A stretch of 63,280 nucleotides of DNA, filler included, from an uncultured Methanosarcinales archaeon (GTDB lineage: Archaea > Nanobdellota > Nanobdellia > Woesearchaeales > CAYMBN01): the NCBI GenBank assembly GCA_964388715.1. It is 4 parts of 4 records of this genome, joined end to end, with 100 filler letters (N's around TTAATTAATTAA, not from the genome) between each part and the next. Parts side by side here need not be neighbours in the genome. Positions count along the whole stretch, not along the records: positions 1 to 25,677 come from CAYMBN010000014.1; positions 25,778 to 47,969 come from CAYMBN010000015.1; 2 more parts are not named here. One strand, given 5' to 3'. The position numbers and the translations under genes are program-made. The stretch's first letter is position 1, and each line of letters opens with the position of its first letter. Positions 21,501 to 31,142 of this stretch are shown here, piece after piece. The notes beneath the pieces are model-generated. The model saw nothing but the letters and a program-made list of their open reading frames with translations, did not search any database and was not told the DNA's origin.

Positions 21501-22626
21501 ATGCAATGGTGAAGGTGGTTGGTCAGTATGTAATTACGGAGAGATTTACCAACAAGAAGAAACAAGATGCGACAATCTTGATAATGATTGTGATGGTGAA
21601 AAAGATGAAGGTTGCCCTGTATGTGGTGATGAAGAATGTGAAGGAACAGAGATTTACACCTGCCATGATGATTGTAGATCATTATGGAAACCTATCGCAG
21701 GTGATTGTAACCAAGATGCAATCATAACCAGTGAAGACATAGAAATCATTTTAAGTAATGTTGTAGGTAAACAACCAACATGTGAAGTTGATATTGCAGA
21801 TATAAGTAGGGACGGAAAAATCACTTCATACGATGCAATACAAACCTGGTACAAAAAAGGAGTAAGCGGAATAACCATCTTAGAACCAGTTGAAGAAACA
21901 TCAAAAAAGATTTCAGAAACAACTGAGATACTAACAATCTCAACCAATAAACAAGAATATGAAAAAACAGAAGAAGTTCAAGTAACTTTAACAAATAATA
22001 TTGATTCTGACTTAGCTTATTATTATAATTTTTACAGATTAATTGAAAATGACTGGATAAAAATCAATAGATTATCCTGTCCATGTGGTGCAAAGTGTTT
22101 AATTACTCCTCCAACAGTAAAAGCAAAAGAATCAACCACAATAAAATGGGATCAAAAAGAAAAATCATGTGAAGAAATATTTAATTTAGTTGAAACACAA
22201 ATGCCTCCAGGTGAATATAAAATCATAATAAAAGCAGAACAAAAAGAATTTGAAAAAACATTCAGTATAAAACAAGAGGAAGAAGAAGGTGGAGTAGGAA
22301 CAACAGTTGAAAGTGAAGAAGTTCTACCAGAAGGAACATTTGAAATAGCAATCACTGATCAAATTGCACATTATTATGGTAATGTAAATGCCAATAAAGA
22401 TGATGTCATCACTGTAAAAGATGTTGATGATATAACATGTGGTGCATTTGTTATCAAGGAAGATGGTAAATATGGTTTAATCAATGTATATGGAGATGAT
22501 CCAATCACAAAAGACATTGATGAAGGAGCTAAAGATGGAGAAGCAATAAGATTCTTCCTCAATGATGAATTAGTAAAACAAACCATTTGGAACAAAGGAC
22601 AAATTATTGAATTAGATTTAACATGA
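15559..22626 (+). CDS. giant (2355 aa) surface protein: LamG, Thr/Gln linker, three DNRLRE-like domains, Cys/Asp-rich MopE-like repeats, dockerin
   Basis: Signal peptide; LVAHYKFDG...FKGAIDEVKIY (LamG); LLQFDL...A.LKL...DIT..V..W....NYG three times; many E.CDG.DN.CDG repeats; GDCNQD...ADISRDGKITSYDA near 21700-21840. Confidence 0.88.
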   Translation: MKSKIYLWTLVSLIIIFTSLISITAQTTDLVAHYKFDGDVKDSSGNNNNGVIQGTSSFVSGKFGNAMNLDGTGNNFASFGRTSSLNFGGNKITIEAWIKPTDARKSGAQRMIEDLDKYIFWLIDGNVFFQIVNCASFYPIYSFKTEDSNKWTHLAIVYDGSTVYLYINGELKYNQAKTCTLSTNDGQSPTIGNSFKGAIDEVKIYKKALTASEIKQSFEKTSQTTQTQTTNTQTTSTTPSQTTTTTQTTQSTSTQTTQSTDTETKTFYVSQTRGLYKTSFGDLFSGQYSGAKMITLLQFDLAELKGKSIQEATLKLAPRRVSIPVEIGTFRVLEKWIPTDLINSLQAPSMSNTYESKILPSVKDKLYDLDITKMVSGWASEKYPNYGIAITKVGDVSDHQTRYVTIDKTTVKANANIIRLVVKYSDAVCTDNDNDGYGTEGSQGCTNQGVDCNDNDNSIYPGATEACDNKNNDCDSQTDEGCPECGDNNCETGETQASCAIDCVEEQLTITVDKEEYKEEDDVKVTVKNNIDSSLKYYYDFYKSENNEWNKVNKLICPCGSRCTTTLPSINSLETLTINWDKEQDKCDGFDQISEPVEDGEYKVEVRANTRKYLKQFTINANQAGTETFYPSEEVGLFSEGKVSHSLYAGRYEGKKMMSLLRFDLSELKDKKIKKAELKLTKQSKLSNEEVGCFRIKEDWELESITNVLDAPETSVLLESKILPNQAGFIQYSFDITELAQRWVINEYNNYGIALTTTKTEFDNIGQYIIFQTSSKTEKPELVIEYSSDPVERCKKETDNEFTEGYCCEGLIKEITNNAYKCVQDVCIDNDNDGYGTKISSVCRLQGIDCDDNDPNIYPGVTEVCDGKDNNCNGQTDEYLSRRCGITNTGRCSFGTQTCNQGDWGECVGGVFPTIELADNLDNDCNGVIDNGVTRCENNVCVINSLNEFSVSNTISKNVLWSGQKYSNKMISFFKFNLSELKDKKILKAELTLKTKEFTSDKEYHSYRIIDNWNLDSMNTLSNPPGLSEEYEGSVIPSQGYKQYKWDITNMVKDWVSEKYPNYGVGVTIPEIIDQNTQKYIVFYTNKQDFRSGPKLIVEYKTCKDKDEEFTQGKCCDDLIKKPTGKALGEPQFKCCVCTDNDEDGYGTEGSDGCMYEAVDCDDNNPDIKPSAAETCDNVDNNCNNEVDEGLFLNFGTDEGECELGLKQCVQGQWPVIDEGITKVDEICDRKDNDCDGSIDEDAGCSSFGLKLSVLNDLTEKGNYCDSILDKDAIFDEFKVIYPGLEQYYKKLSEYLVINTTNIGTRTFYFGPTIRGNQRFDRNTGFTVETKIYMNKISGNVAAGPGLNIWLKDKDGYGTKLRIKQESIELGEFGDYKWDVPEGFHENIHTYRITVDQDNTHLYIDGELVLTHETSKWVVGSNTAAPLIFATQFSDEEIISFIEYVMYSREGAFAPNTGYKFKTEGSEEECDGIDNNCDGIIDMYPIETQPSRYLRKKCGETEEGECQLGYQTCNLEQGEWSECHSYIGPTEELCDGKDNDCNGQNDNGLVPTDCELTKGVCENSKKICRGQHGWVRRCYSSDRFQYYGPDFQSIETKCDNLDNDCDGFTDELCKFELTNLNTITEQGDYCDYFYDKDSILVLGKFTETICHACKKQGDYIIVNTTRNYPTIWRLGKNIDLDEEQGFTFETKLAVMLDESEEIARMSSGHKADRDKSFFSIMIRGKNRLGKRIDIDKENLTMDGETWTLPPDFHHKMHTYRLTLNKDIAKLYIDGELVLSQTVQQTSHQIFDIQLGSENKHNLITWIEYITFTNKGTYAPESGYKFKIGKPEICDGKDNNCDGQIDEDLEQPNCELTEGVCEGSKQICGGEQGWLPCNKISYGSDYEEIETKCDGKDNDCDGLEDNNLNPPVCELNKGVCEGVERSCLGQQGWSSCNYGEHYQARETKCDGKDNDCDGNTDEDVIIPPCELSQGVCEGITRECNGEGGWSVCNYGEIYQQEETRCDNLDNDCDGEKDEGCPVCGDEECEGTEIYTCHDDCRSLWKPIAGDCNQDAIITSEDIEIILSNVVGKQPTCEVDIADISRDGKITSYDAIQTWYKKGVSGITILEPVEETSKKISETTEILTISTNKQEYEKTEEVQVTLTNNIDSDLAYYYNFYRLIENDWIKINRLSCPCGAKCLITPPTVKAKESTTIKWDQKEKSCEEIFNLVETQMPPGEYKIIIKAEQKEFEKTFSIKQEEEEGGVGTTVESEEVLPEGTFEIAITDQIAHYYGNVNANKDDVITVKDVDDITCGAFVIKEDGKYGLINVYGDDPITKDIDEGAKDGEAIRFFLNDELVKQTIWNKGQIIELDLT

Positions 22627-25600
22627 AAATTGAAAATAAATTGAGGAAGATTGTATTCATGATTTTGTTAGTTTTATGTGTTTGGATAGTTGTTGCTGAG
22701 GAAATAACTGTTCAATTACATAAAGGATGGAATGTGTTGCCTGTTCCGTTAGAATTGGAATCAAAAGATCCAAAAGATGTATTTGGTGAAGACTTGAATA
22801 AGGTTTTGATTATTAGGAAATATCAAGCTGATGGAGTAAAGGTTTATGATCCTGCTATCCCTGAAAGGTTTAATACCTTTACTGAATTAGAACCCAAGTA
22901 TAGTTATCAGATTAAGATGACACATGATGCTACATTAACATTAAGAGGAAGTAAAGTAATTGATCCAACATTTAGTCTTCATGAATTCTGGAATTGTTTT
23001 ACTTATTTAGGTGATAAACCTATGCAAATGAAAGATGTATTTGAAGGAGTTGAAGATAAAATTGATATTATAAGAGAATATGCTGAAGATGGAGTAAAGG
23101 TTTATGATCCTACTATTCCTGAAAGATTTAACACACTAATGACAGCTAAACCTAATACAGGATATCAACTTAAAGCAAGAGGCGAAGCTCAACTTAATTA
23201 TTTACCAACATTATTTAAGAAGAATAATATTAGGGATATGGATAAATATTATGAAAAAGAATTGTTTTTAATTCCACAAGGAGATATTAAAAATATACTT
23301 CAATTAGTTCCTTTAACTGTTTGGAGAGATGATAATTCACATAATTATCCTTCATTAATGTATAATTATGATCTATACAGTAATTTGTTTTCAAGTATTA
23401 ATTTAAGACCACAACCAATTATTACTGTTTATAAAAGTGAGATTAGTACTGAAGGATTAAGTGCTGAAGTAACAAAAGGCGAGATGTATAAAGGAGTTTC
23501 TTCTTCTAAAAAAATAAGATTTAGTGCTGATGGAATGGAAAATATGAACAGTGAGTTTACAAATAAACTTGAAGAATATTGTAAAGGTCTTTACACAGAT
23601 CCAGATAATCCAGAACAAGGAGTTGCAATAGCTAATTGTTTTATGAATCATTTTTTGAGTGGTGCTGATATTATGACTGGAAAAGAACATGTTGATATTG
23701 ACCATAATATTGAAATACAAGAAATAGATCTTACATTTAATGAGCTTGAGATTGGTCAGAAGATAACTGTGGATGTAGTTGCAAAAAATCCTTATCCTTT
23801 TGATATAGTTTTGAATTATATTCAATTAAGTTTTCAAGAGTTAGGAAAATATTTTGATTCAAAGAGGAAAAAACAAGAAAATATTGCAATGGAAATTGGT
23901 GAAGAAAAAACATTTACTTTTGAATTTGAATTTAATGGTGAGTTGATAGAAGAACCTGAGGAAAGTGAAGAAGTAGAGAATGATGAAGAAGTTGAAGAAG
24001 AACCAAAAGTCACTTTAGAAAGTAGTGGGTTTTCTGAAGGAAGTATTGGGTTTGATGAACAAGGAACAATGAATGTTATTGTTAAAAATCCATTTGATTA
24101 TAAAGTTAATGTGTATGATCTTAAAGTTGAATTATCTGATGAATTAAAACCTTATTTTGAACCTGATGAAATAACAAAAAATGTAATACTTGAAGCTAAT
24201 GAAGAAAAAACAGTTGAATTTAAATTTAGATATAGTAATTTGAAAACTGAACTTAATGAAGGATTAAAAATAAATAATTATGAATTTTCTCCTGACAGTG
24301 TTGATGTTGGTCAAGAAGTAATTGTGAATGCAATTCTTAAAAATGAATTACCTTATGAGGTAAAGTATAATAATATTAAATTTGTAATACCAGAAGAATT
24401 AAAACCTAATTTCGAGCCTGATGAAATAACAATGGAGAATATTGTTATTGGAATTAATGAAGAAAAAGAAGTTCCTTTAACATTTACATATGAAGTATTA
24501 AGAGAGCTTGAAATAAGTGAAGAAGAAGATCCTACTTTAAATTTTGTGGATGAATATGTTACAGAAGAAAACAAGAATTCATATAGAATAACAGTAATTG
24601 ATGATATTACTTCTAGTTTGAATGCAAGATTATCAACTAGAGTTGATAATACTCAAAGTATAGAAGCAAGTGATTATTTGTCATATTGGGATACAATACA
24701 TGATGTTGTTTATGTTGAAGAAGATTATGATAAGATGATGTTAGCAACAAGATATGCAGCATTTATTAATGCACCATTAATAATTAAAGATTTTGATTGG
24801 GATAATGAAGCTAATTTTGAAGGTAAAAATGTAATTTGTATTGAAACAGAAGAAGAATTTTGTTCTGAAAATTTAGAAGTTAATGAGGTTAATGAATATT
24901 TGAAATATGTTGGATATAGTGTTGACTTGAGTTTATTTGATAATGATGGTGATGATGTTTCTGATTTAGTTGATAATTGTTTAAATACTCCTGAAGGTGA
25001 AATTGTTAGTGAGAAAGGTTGTTCTTGTTCACAATTAAACACTAATGATTATAATCTTTGTACAGAAGATGCTTGTGAAGATGGAATTGTAACAAATACA
25101 CCAATTCCTGATAAAACAGTTGAATTACCTTGTGATTATGATAATGATTTACCTACAGCAGGTTGTTATGGTGACGGTTTAGATGATCAAAATTATGGTA
25201 CTTACAAGGAATTTGATGGTGGAATTTGTGATGAGCAAGGAATTTTAAGATTACCTTTATGTGAGCCTGTATTAAGTTATAAAAAAGAATGTGATCTTGA
25301 TTGGGATAATGATGAAATATTAAATGAAAATGATAATTGTCCTGAAGTTGCTAATAATGATCAAACAGATGCTGATGAAAATGGTATAGGTGATGCTTGT
25401 AATGATGAATTAGATAGTGATGGTGATGAATGGGAAAATGAATATGATAATTGTGTTGAAATAAATAATCCTGGACAAGAAGATGATGATAATGATGCTA
25501 TTGGAAATGCATGTGATAATTGTATAAATGCATTTAATTTTAATCAACAAGATACTGATGAGGATGGATTAGGAGATGCATGTGATAATTGTCCTGGTAT

Positions 25601-25677
25601 TGTTAATGAAAATCAAGAAGACACTGATGAAGATAATGTAGGAGATATATGTGATAATTGTATGTATCATGCTAATC
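22623..25677 (+). CDS. large surface protein with thrombospondin type-3 repeats, 3'-truncated at contig end
   Basis: Signal peptide; two L..(G/F)WN repeats; Ig/CARDB-like segments; D.D.DG.GDACDNC repeats. Confidence 0.85.
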
Positions 25678-25777
25678 NNNNNNNNNNNNNNNNNNNNNNN
25701 NNNNNNNNNNNNNNNNNNNNNTTAATTAATTAANNNNNNNNNNNNNNNNNNNNNNNNNNNNNNNNNNNNNNNNNNNN
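25678..25777. other. artificial contig linker
   Basis: N-run, TTAATTAATTAA (six-frame stop), N-run; 100 nt in total. Confidence 0.97.
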
Positions 25778-27745
25778 GCATTTCGCTACCTTAAGAGAGT
25801 TATAGTTACCCCCGCCGTTTACCAGCTCTTAGCTCCCTTGAAAAGGAGTTTCAAGTACTGGCACTGGGCAGACATCACCTTCTGTACGCACCTTTACAGG
25901 CTAGCAGAAGGTTAAGTTTTTGTTAAACAGTCGGATATCCTTAGTTATTGCACCCTGCTATCACACGTATAAACACACAATAACAGGGACCCCTTATACC
26001 GAAGGTACGGGGCTAATTTGCCGATTTCCCTCAATTGGATTAATCCATCTCACCTTAGGCTTCTCACCCAGGGGCACCTGTGCTGGTTCTGGGTACGGTT
26101 ACTTAAGATTTATTTTAATTCCCTTTTCACGGATTCCAGGTATCAACCAAATATTCCATAAGGAATACTCATCCCAAATTTAATCAAGTTCTCATCATTA
26201 TAATACTCCCTTGATTTATTTTGGTTAACATCAACGATAATTGGTGTTGATCTAACCTGAAATGTCAAGAATTAAACTTGCGTCGCCGCACATACTTAAG
26301 CAGTAAAGGAATGTTAACCTTTTTCCCTTTCGTATTGTTCTATTTGCGAACTTACTTAGGACCGACTAACCCTTGACTGATCTGCATTGTCAAGGAACCC
26401 TTGCCCTTTCGGTGGCAGAGATTCTCACTCTGCTATGATCCTACTACCGCCAGGATTTTCATTCCTATTAGGTCCATGAATCTTCTCAGAAACAATTCTA
26501 CCCTAACAAGACGCCTACCTACCATACACTAAAGTTAGTGATCTATAGTATCGGTAATCAACTTAGTCCCGTCCATTTTCAGCACTTACAACCTTGACAA
26601 GTAAGCTGTTACACACTTTTTAAAGGATGGCTGCTTCTAAGCCAACCTCCTCGCTGTCTTAGGCTGTAAACAACTTTCACCCTTTAACACTTAGTTGATA
26701 TTTTGGGACCTTAACTATAGTCTGGGTTGTTCCCCTCTCGGAATTAGGGTTTACCCCTAACCCCCGTTTCTTGGAATCTTCGAAGCTAGAACATTTGGAG
26801 TTGGACGAAGAACTGACCAGTTTCCCAGCCTAAATCCTTAATCCGTAGCTCTACCTTTCTAGCGATCTTATCCAAGACTTGACTACGGCCAACTTCGATA
26901 GGAACCAGCTATCGCTGAGCTCGATTGGCTTTTCACCCCTAACCACAAATTAGAAGAACACTTGCTCGTAGAACCTCTACAGGCCTCCACCCCCTGTTAC
27001 AGGGGCTTCACCTTACTCACGGTTAGATCGCTCAGCTTCGGGTCGTATCCAAGTAACTCAAGACACTTTCACATCTTGTCCCTCGTAAACTGCGGACAAT
27101 TGCTTTCGCTTAGGGTCCTCATTTAGATTACCCTTGCTACTTAGACACACTCCCTGGCACGTTATTCGAAACGCACGGCACAACTCCTTAGAGCAGTACC
27201 CCACTATAACTATTAGGTTTCAGGTTCTTTTAACTCCCTATCAAGGGTTCTTTTCAGCTTTCCATCACTGTACTGGTACTCTATCGGACTCGACGTGTAT
27301 TTAAAGTTAGAAGTTGATACCTCCTAGCTTCCTACTTAGTATCAAGTAAGTAGTACTCAAGAACATATCCAAATCCACTAAGTTACCTTTACGGGACTAT
27401 CACCCTTTAAAGTCTCTCTTTCCAGAGAAGTTCAAGTTTCCTAGTTAGGATCTTAAGAATAGTCTTACAACACCACATCTCCTCTATATTTCTACAAAGG
27501 ATTCAGTTTGCCTTGATCTGCTTTCAGTCGCCCTTACTAACAGAATCTCAATTGATTTTTTTTCCTGCAGGTACTAAGACGTTTCAATTCCCTGCGTTCC
27601 CCATCCTTACGGATTTAATGTGAAGTCACATTCGGGAATCTCTGGTTCAAAGTGTACATGCCACTCGCCAGAGCTATAGACAGCTTGTCATACCCTTCAT
27701 CAGCAGTCGAGCCAAGCCATCCACCTAATAGTGTCTCTTCCTAGT
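25778..27745 (-). rRNA. rrl: 23S rRNA, 5' portion (3' part lost at contig end)
   Basis: Conserved LSU motifs on the minus strand: GGTGGATGGCTTGGCTCG, GAATTGAAACGTCTTAGTACC, GGTAACTATAACTCTCTTAAGGTAGCGAAATGC. The 5' end is approximate. Confidence 0.95.
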
Positions 27746-27840
27746 ATCTAGTCTTTGCATGGTTTCATCAATATGAAATAAATACATATCTAACCCTTCA
27801 GCCAAAAAAATTCATTCCTGACTTGCGTAATTAAATGAAA

Positions 27841-27998
27841 TGGACTCGTCGGGAAGTTCACAATTTTTGCCTAAACAAAAATCGTTTTGAACCCGAGGCC
27901 CCCTCCTGTCTTTGTGTATTTGGAAGCCAAAAATTTGCTTTGCAAATTTAACTTCCCACATGCAAGGGAGGTGCTCTACCGGACTGAGCTACGAGCCC
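27841..27998 (-). tRNA. tRNA-Ala(UGC) with two introns (37/38 at 27908-27960; 59/60 at 27855-27885)
   Basis: Spliced sequence GGGCTCGTAGCTCAGTCCGGTAGAGCACCTCCCTTGCA|AGGAGGGGGCCTCGGGTTCAAA|TCCCGACGAGTCCA folds as a cloverleaf with G3:U70; located in the 16S-23S spacer. Confidence 0.93.
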
Positions 27999-28022
27999 AT
28001 ATAATTCAATGAAAATAAAAAA

Positions 28023-28038
28023 GTTAGTTTGATAAGAA
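28023..28038. repeat. arm of the 16S processing stem (pairs with 29700-29715)
   Basis: gttagtttgataagaa is the exact reverse complement of ttcttatcaaactaac on the other side of the 16S gene. Confidence 0.8.
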
Positions 28039-28624
28039 AAAAAAAGGAGGTGATCCCACCGCAGGTTCCCCTACGGTTACCTTGTGACGACTTAACCTGC
28101 CTCGCGGAGTTCAGATTCGATATAATCAAAGATTACATCTCACCTAAACCCTACTCAGATGGTTTGACGGGCGGTGTGTACAAGGAGCAGGGACATATTC
28201 ACCGGACAATGATGATGTCTGGTTACTAGGGATTCCATTGTCATGAGGATGAGTTACAATCCTCAATCTAGACTTGGATAAGGTTTCCAGGATTAGCTTC
28301 TCCTCTCGGAGTTGCATCCCATTGTCCTTACCATTGTTGCGCGCGTGTAGCCCAGAAGATTCGGAGCATACAGACCTACCGTAGCCTACACCTTCCTCCT
28401 TGTTTCCAAGGCAGTCCCCACAATGTGCTCAGTCATAAAACCTGTTAGCAATTGTAGGTATAGGTCTCGCTCGTTGCCTGACTTAACAGGACACCTTACG
28501 GCACGAGCTGACGACGGCCATGCACTACCTCTCGGCTCGTCAAGTAAGCCCTTTAGACTGACTTTCATCCTGCCGTCGCCCCTGGTGAGATTCTCTGCGT
28601 TGAATTAGATTAAACCGCACGCCG

Positions 28625-28681
<57 letters not shown>

Positions 28682-28780
28682 TCCCAGGCGGCGAGCTTAA
28701 CGCCTTCACTTCGACACTGCACATTCACGGAGAATATGCAACACCTTGCTCGCAACGTTTACAGCTAGGACTACTCGGGT

Positions 28781-28886
28781 AATTAGCGAGTAAATCTTCA
28801 TTTAATTTCTTTCTTTAATTCGTAAAGTAGATCTTATAACAAATTTACGAGCTAATTCCAGAAATTTTTTTACGAAAATTTCTCGT
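28781..28886 (-). other. 106-nt 16S intron at E. coli-equivalent 793/794
   Basis: Splits GGATTAGAT|ACCC; BHB with helix ttag/ctaa and bulges at|a and tt|a. Confidence 0.85.
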
Positions 28887-29261
28887 ATCTAATCCGTTTT
28901 GCTCCCCTAGCTTTCGTCCCTCACCGTCGAAACCGTTCTAGCTAGACGCCTTCGCCACAGGTAGTCTATTTAGGATTATAGCATTTTACCGCTCCCCTAA
29001 ACATTCTTCTAGCCCCTCCCGGTTCCAAGTTCAGCAGTGTCTTCTGCACGCCGTTAAGTTAAGCCCAACGATTTCACAAAAGATTTACTGAACAGGCTAC
29101 GGACGCTTTAGGCCCAATAAAAGCGGTCACCACTCGGAGCGCTGGTGTTACCGCGGCGGCTGGCACCAGTCTTACCCACTCCTTATTCGCTAAGCTATTT
29201 ACACTTAAAAAAAGCCTATGTAATACATAAGCACTTAGGGTTCCCTTATCACACTTTCGTG

Positions 29262-29300
<39 letters not shown>

Positions 29301-29372
29301 AGGACCAGTATCTCAGTGTCCTTCTCGGGGCTACCACTCTCATGGCCCCTACGGATCTTTGGCTTGGTGGGC

Positions 29373-29409
29373 ATGTAATTTACAGAGCAAATTATGCAGC
29401 TCCGCAAAC
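29373..29409 (-). other. 37-nt 16S intron in helix 11 (~E. coli 265)
   Basis: Splits GGGGTAAAG|GCCCACC; canonical BHB with helix gtaa/ttac, bulges ag|g and at|g, and a 10-bp intron stem. Confidence 0.88.
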
Positions 29410-29882
29410 CTTTACCCCGCCAACAACCTAATCCGCCGCCGACTCATCCTTAGGCATTTCTTTTAAAGGAAAACTCATTCCAGAATTTTTCCCCTATCCG
29501 GTTTTAGCCTCAGTTTTCCAAGGTTATCCCAGACCTAAGGGCAGATTATCGACGTGTTACTGAGCAGTTTGCCTGTGCTTCCGAAGAAGCCCTCTGACTT
29601 GCATGGCTTAATCGAACCCTAATAGCAGCGACCTCCCGCAGGATCAACGGGAATTTTATTCGGTTTGGTCACAAATTTAAAATAGGAATTTCAAACGTGT
29701 TCTTATCAAACTAACAATACTTAATTTTTACGTTAAGTACTTCCGTGCTTAATTATAAAAATTAAACACTTATTAAAACAAGATAGCAAATGCTAGGTTG
29801 TTTTTATTGATCTATATGTTACTTAGAATTTTATATCTAAAATATAGATTTGGTGGCGATACCTTTTTAGGAGATATAAGTC

Positions 29883-29899
29883 ATATTTAAAGCTTTCTG
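29883..29899 (-). promoter_or_regulatory. BRE/TATA promoter of the rRNA operon
   Basis: Minus strand cagaaagctttaaatat, ~230 nt upstream of the 16S 5' end. Confidence 0.6.
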
Positions 29900-29943
29900 T
29901 TTCAAATCGACTAAAGAAAAATAAAATAAAATAAATCAAAAAA

Positions 29944-31083
29944 TTACTTCAAAAAATCAATTCCAAACTCTGATTCCATCTTTTGTTCTTTATTTGTCTT
30001 ACCACTTTTTAATTCTCTACCACCAAGAATCTGAGTTGATCTAACGCCAGTTACAATTAACATTGCTCTGATTATGTTTTCCATATCTTTATAAATTTGT
30101 GCACCCCAAATAACTTTTGCTTCTGGATCAAGCTTTGTTGAAATTGATTCAACAACATTTTTTGCTTCTTCAAGTGTCATATCTGGTCCGCCAATTACAT
30201 TAATCAAAGCACCACTTGCACCACCTATATCGACGTCAAGTAATGGATTATTAATTGCTTTTTCAACAGCTTCTGTTGCTCTATTCTCAGAATCAGACTC
30301 GCCAACTCCAATCAAAGCAACTCCACCATCTCCCATAACAGTTTTAATGTCAGCAAAATCAAGGTTAACTAGACCAGCTTTTGTAACTAATTCTGCAATA
30401 CCTTTCACAGCATTAGTTAATATCTCGTCTGCAACTTTAAATGAAGTATGCAATGGCAAATCAGGTGCTAATTCAAGTAATTTATCATTTGGAATTACTA
30501 TTAATGTATCAACAATTTGTTCAAGCTTTTCTAAACCAAGTATAGCATTTTCATACCTTCTATGCCCTTCCATTGAAAATGGTAAAGTAACAATTGCAAC
30601 TGTCAATGCACCAAGTTTCTTTGCAATATCAGCAACAACAGGTGCGGAACCAGTACCAGTTCCTCCACCTAAACCACATGTCACAAAAACCATATCAGAA
30701 TCAACAAGTAATTTTTTAATTTCACTTTCACTTTCTCGTGCAGCATTTTCACCAACTTTAGGTTGAGAACCAGCACCCAAACCATGTGTAGTTTCACGTC
30801 CAATAAGAACTTTTTTATTCGCACCAGTGTACAATAAATCCTGAGCATCTGTGTTAATTGCAATTGTATGTGCTCCTTTAACACCCACTTCACTAATTCT
30901 ATTTATTGTATTATTACCAGCACCACCTGCACCTACAACCTTAATTTTTGCTTTTTGTTGAGCAAGCAATGATTCAAGTTCAGCATCAATCTCATTTTGT
31001 TTTATATGGTTATCAGTAACAGGCTCAGCTTCTTCAAACTCAATATTTTCATAATTTTCATCAGGATCAGTTGTCAATCTCAA
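29944..31083 (-). CDS. ftsZ: cell division protein FtsZ
   Basis: [24 protein letters not shown] and NLDFAD motifs. Confidence 0.98.
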   Translation of the reverse strand: MRLTTDPDENYENIEFEEAEPVTDNHIKQNEIDAELESLLAQQKAKIKVVGAGGAGNNTINRISEVGVKGAHTIAINTDAQDLLYTGANKKVLIGRETTHGLGAGSQPKVGENAARESESEIKKLLVDSDMVFVTCGLGGGTGTGSAPVVADIAKKLGALTVAIVTLPFSMEGHRRYENAILGLEKLEQIVDTLIVIPNDKLLELAPDLPLHTSFKVADEILTNAVKGIAELVTKAGLVNLDFADIKTVMGDGGVALIGVGESDSENRATEAVEKAINNPLLDVDIGGASGALINVIGGPDMTLEEAKNVVESISTKLDPEAKVIWGAQIYKDMENIIRAMLIVTGVRSTQILGGRELKSGKTNKEQKMESEFGIDFLK

Positions 31084-31142
31084 ACACCTCTCATAAATTA
31101 TACCTATTCAATAATGGTATACAAACTAATATTTAAATATTA

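Noticed and set aside
16850..21620. Recurrent tgtgatggaaaagataat-type repeats as a possible CRISPR array or DGR template/variable pair
   Set aside because: These are in-frame Cys/Asp protein repeats with irregular spacing. No cas or reverse transcriptase gene, and no adenine-specific mismatch pattern was noticed.
25678..25777. TTAATTAATTAA palindrome within N runs (also 47970-48069 and 61582-61681)
   Set aside because: Artificial six-frame-stop linker. Gene adjacency across these points is not biological.
29813..29842. ttatatctaaa resembling the right arm of a Thermococcales dif site
   Set aside because: No matching left arm at 6-nt spacing, and it lies in the AT-rich rRNA leader.
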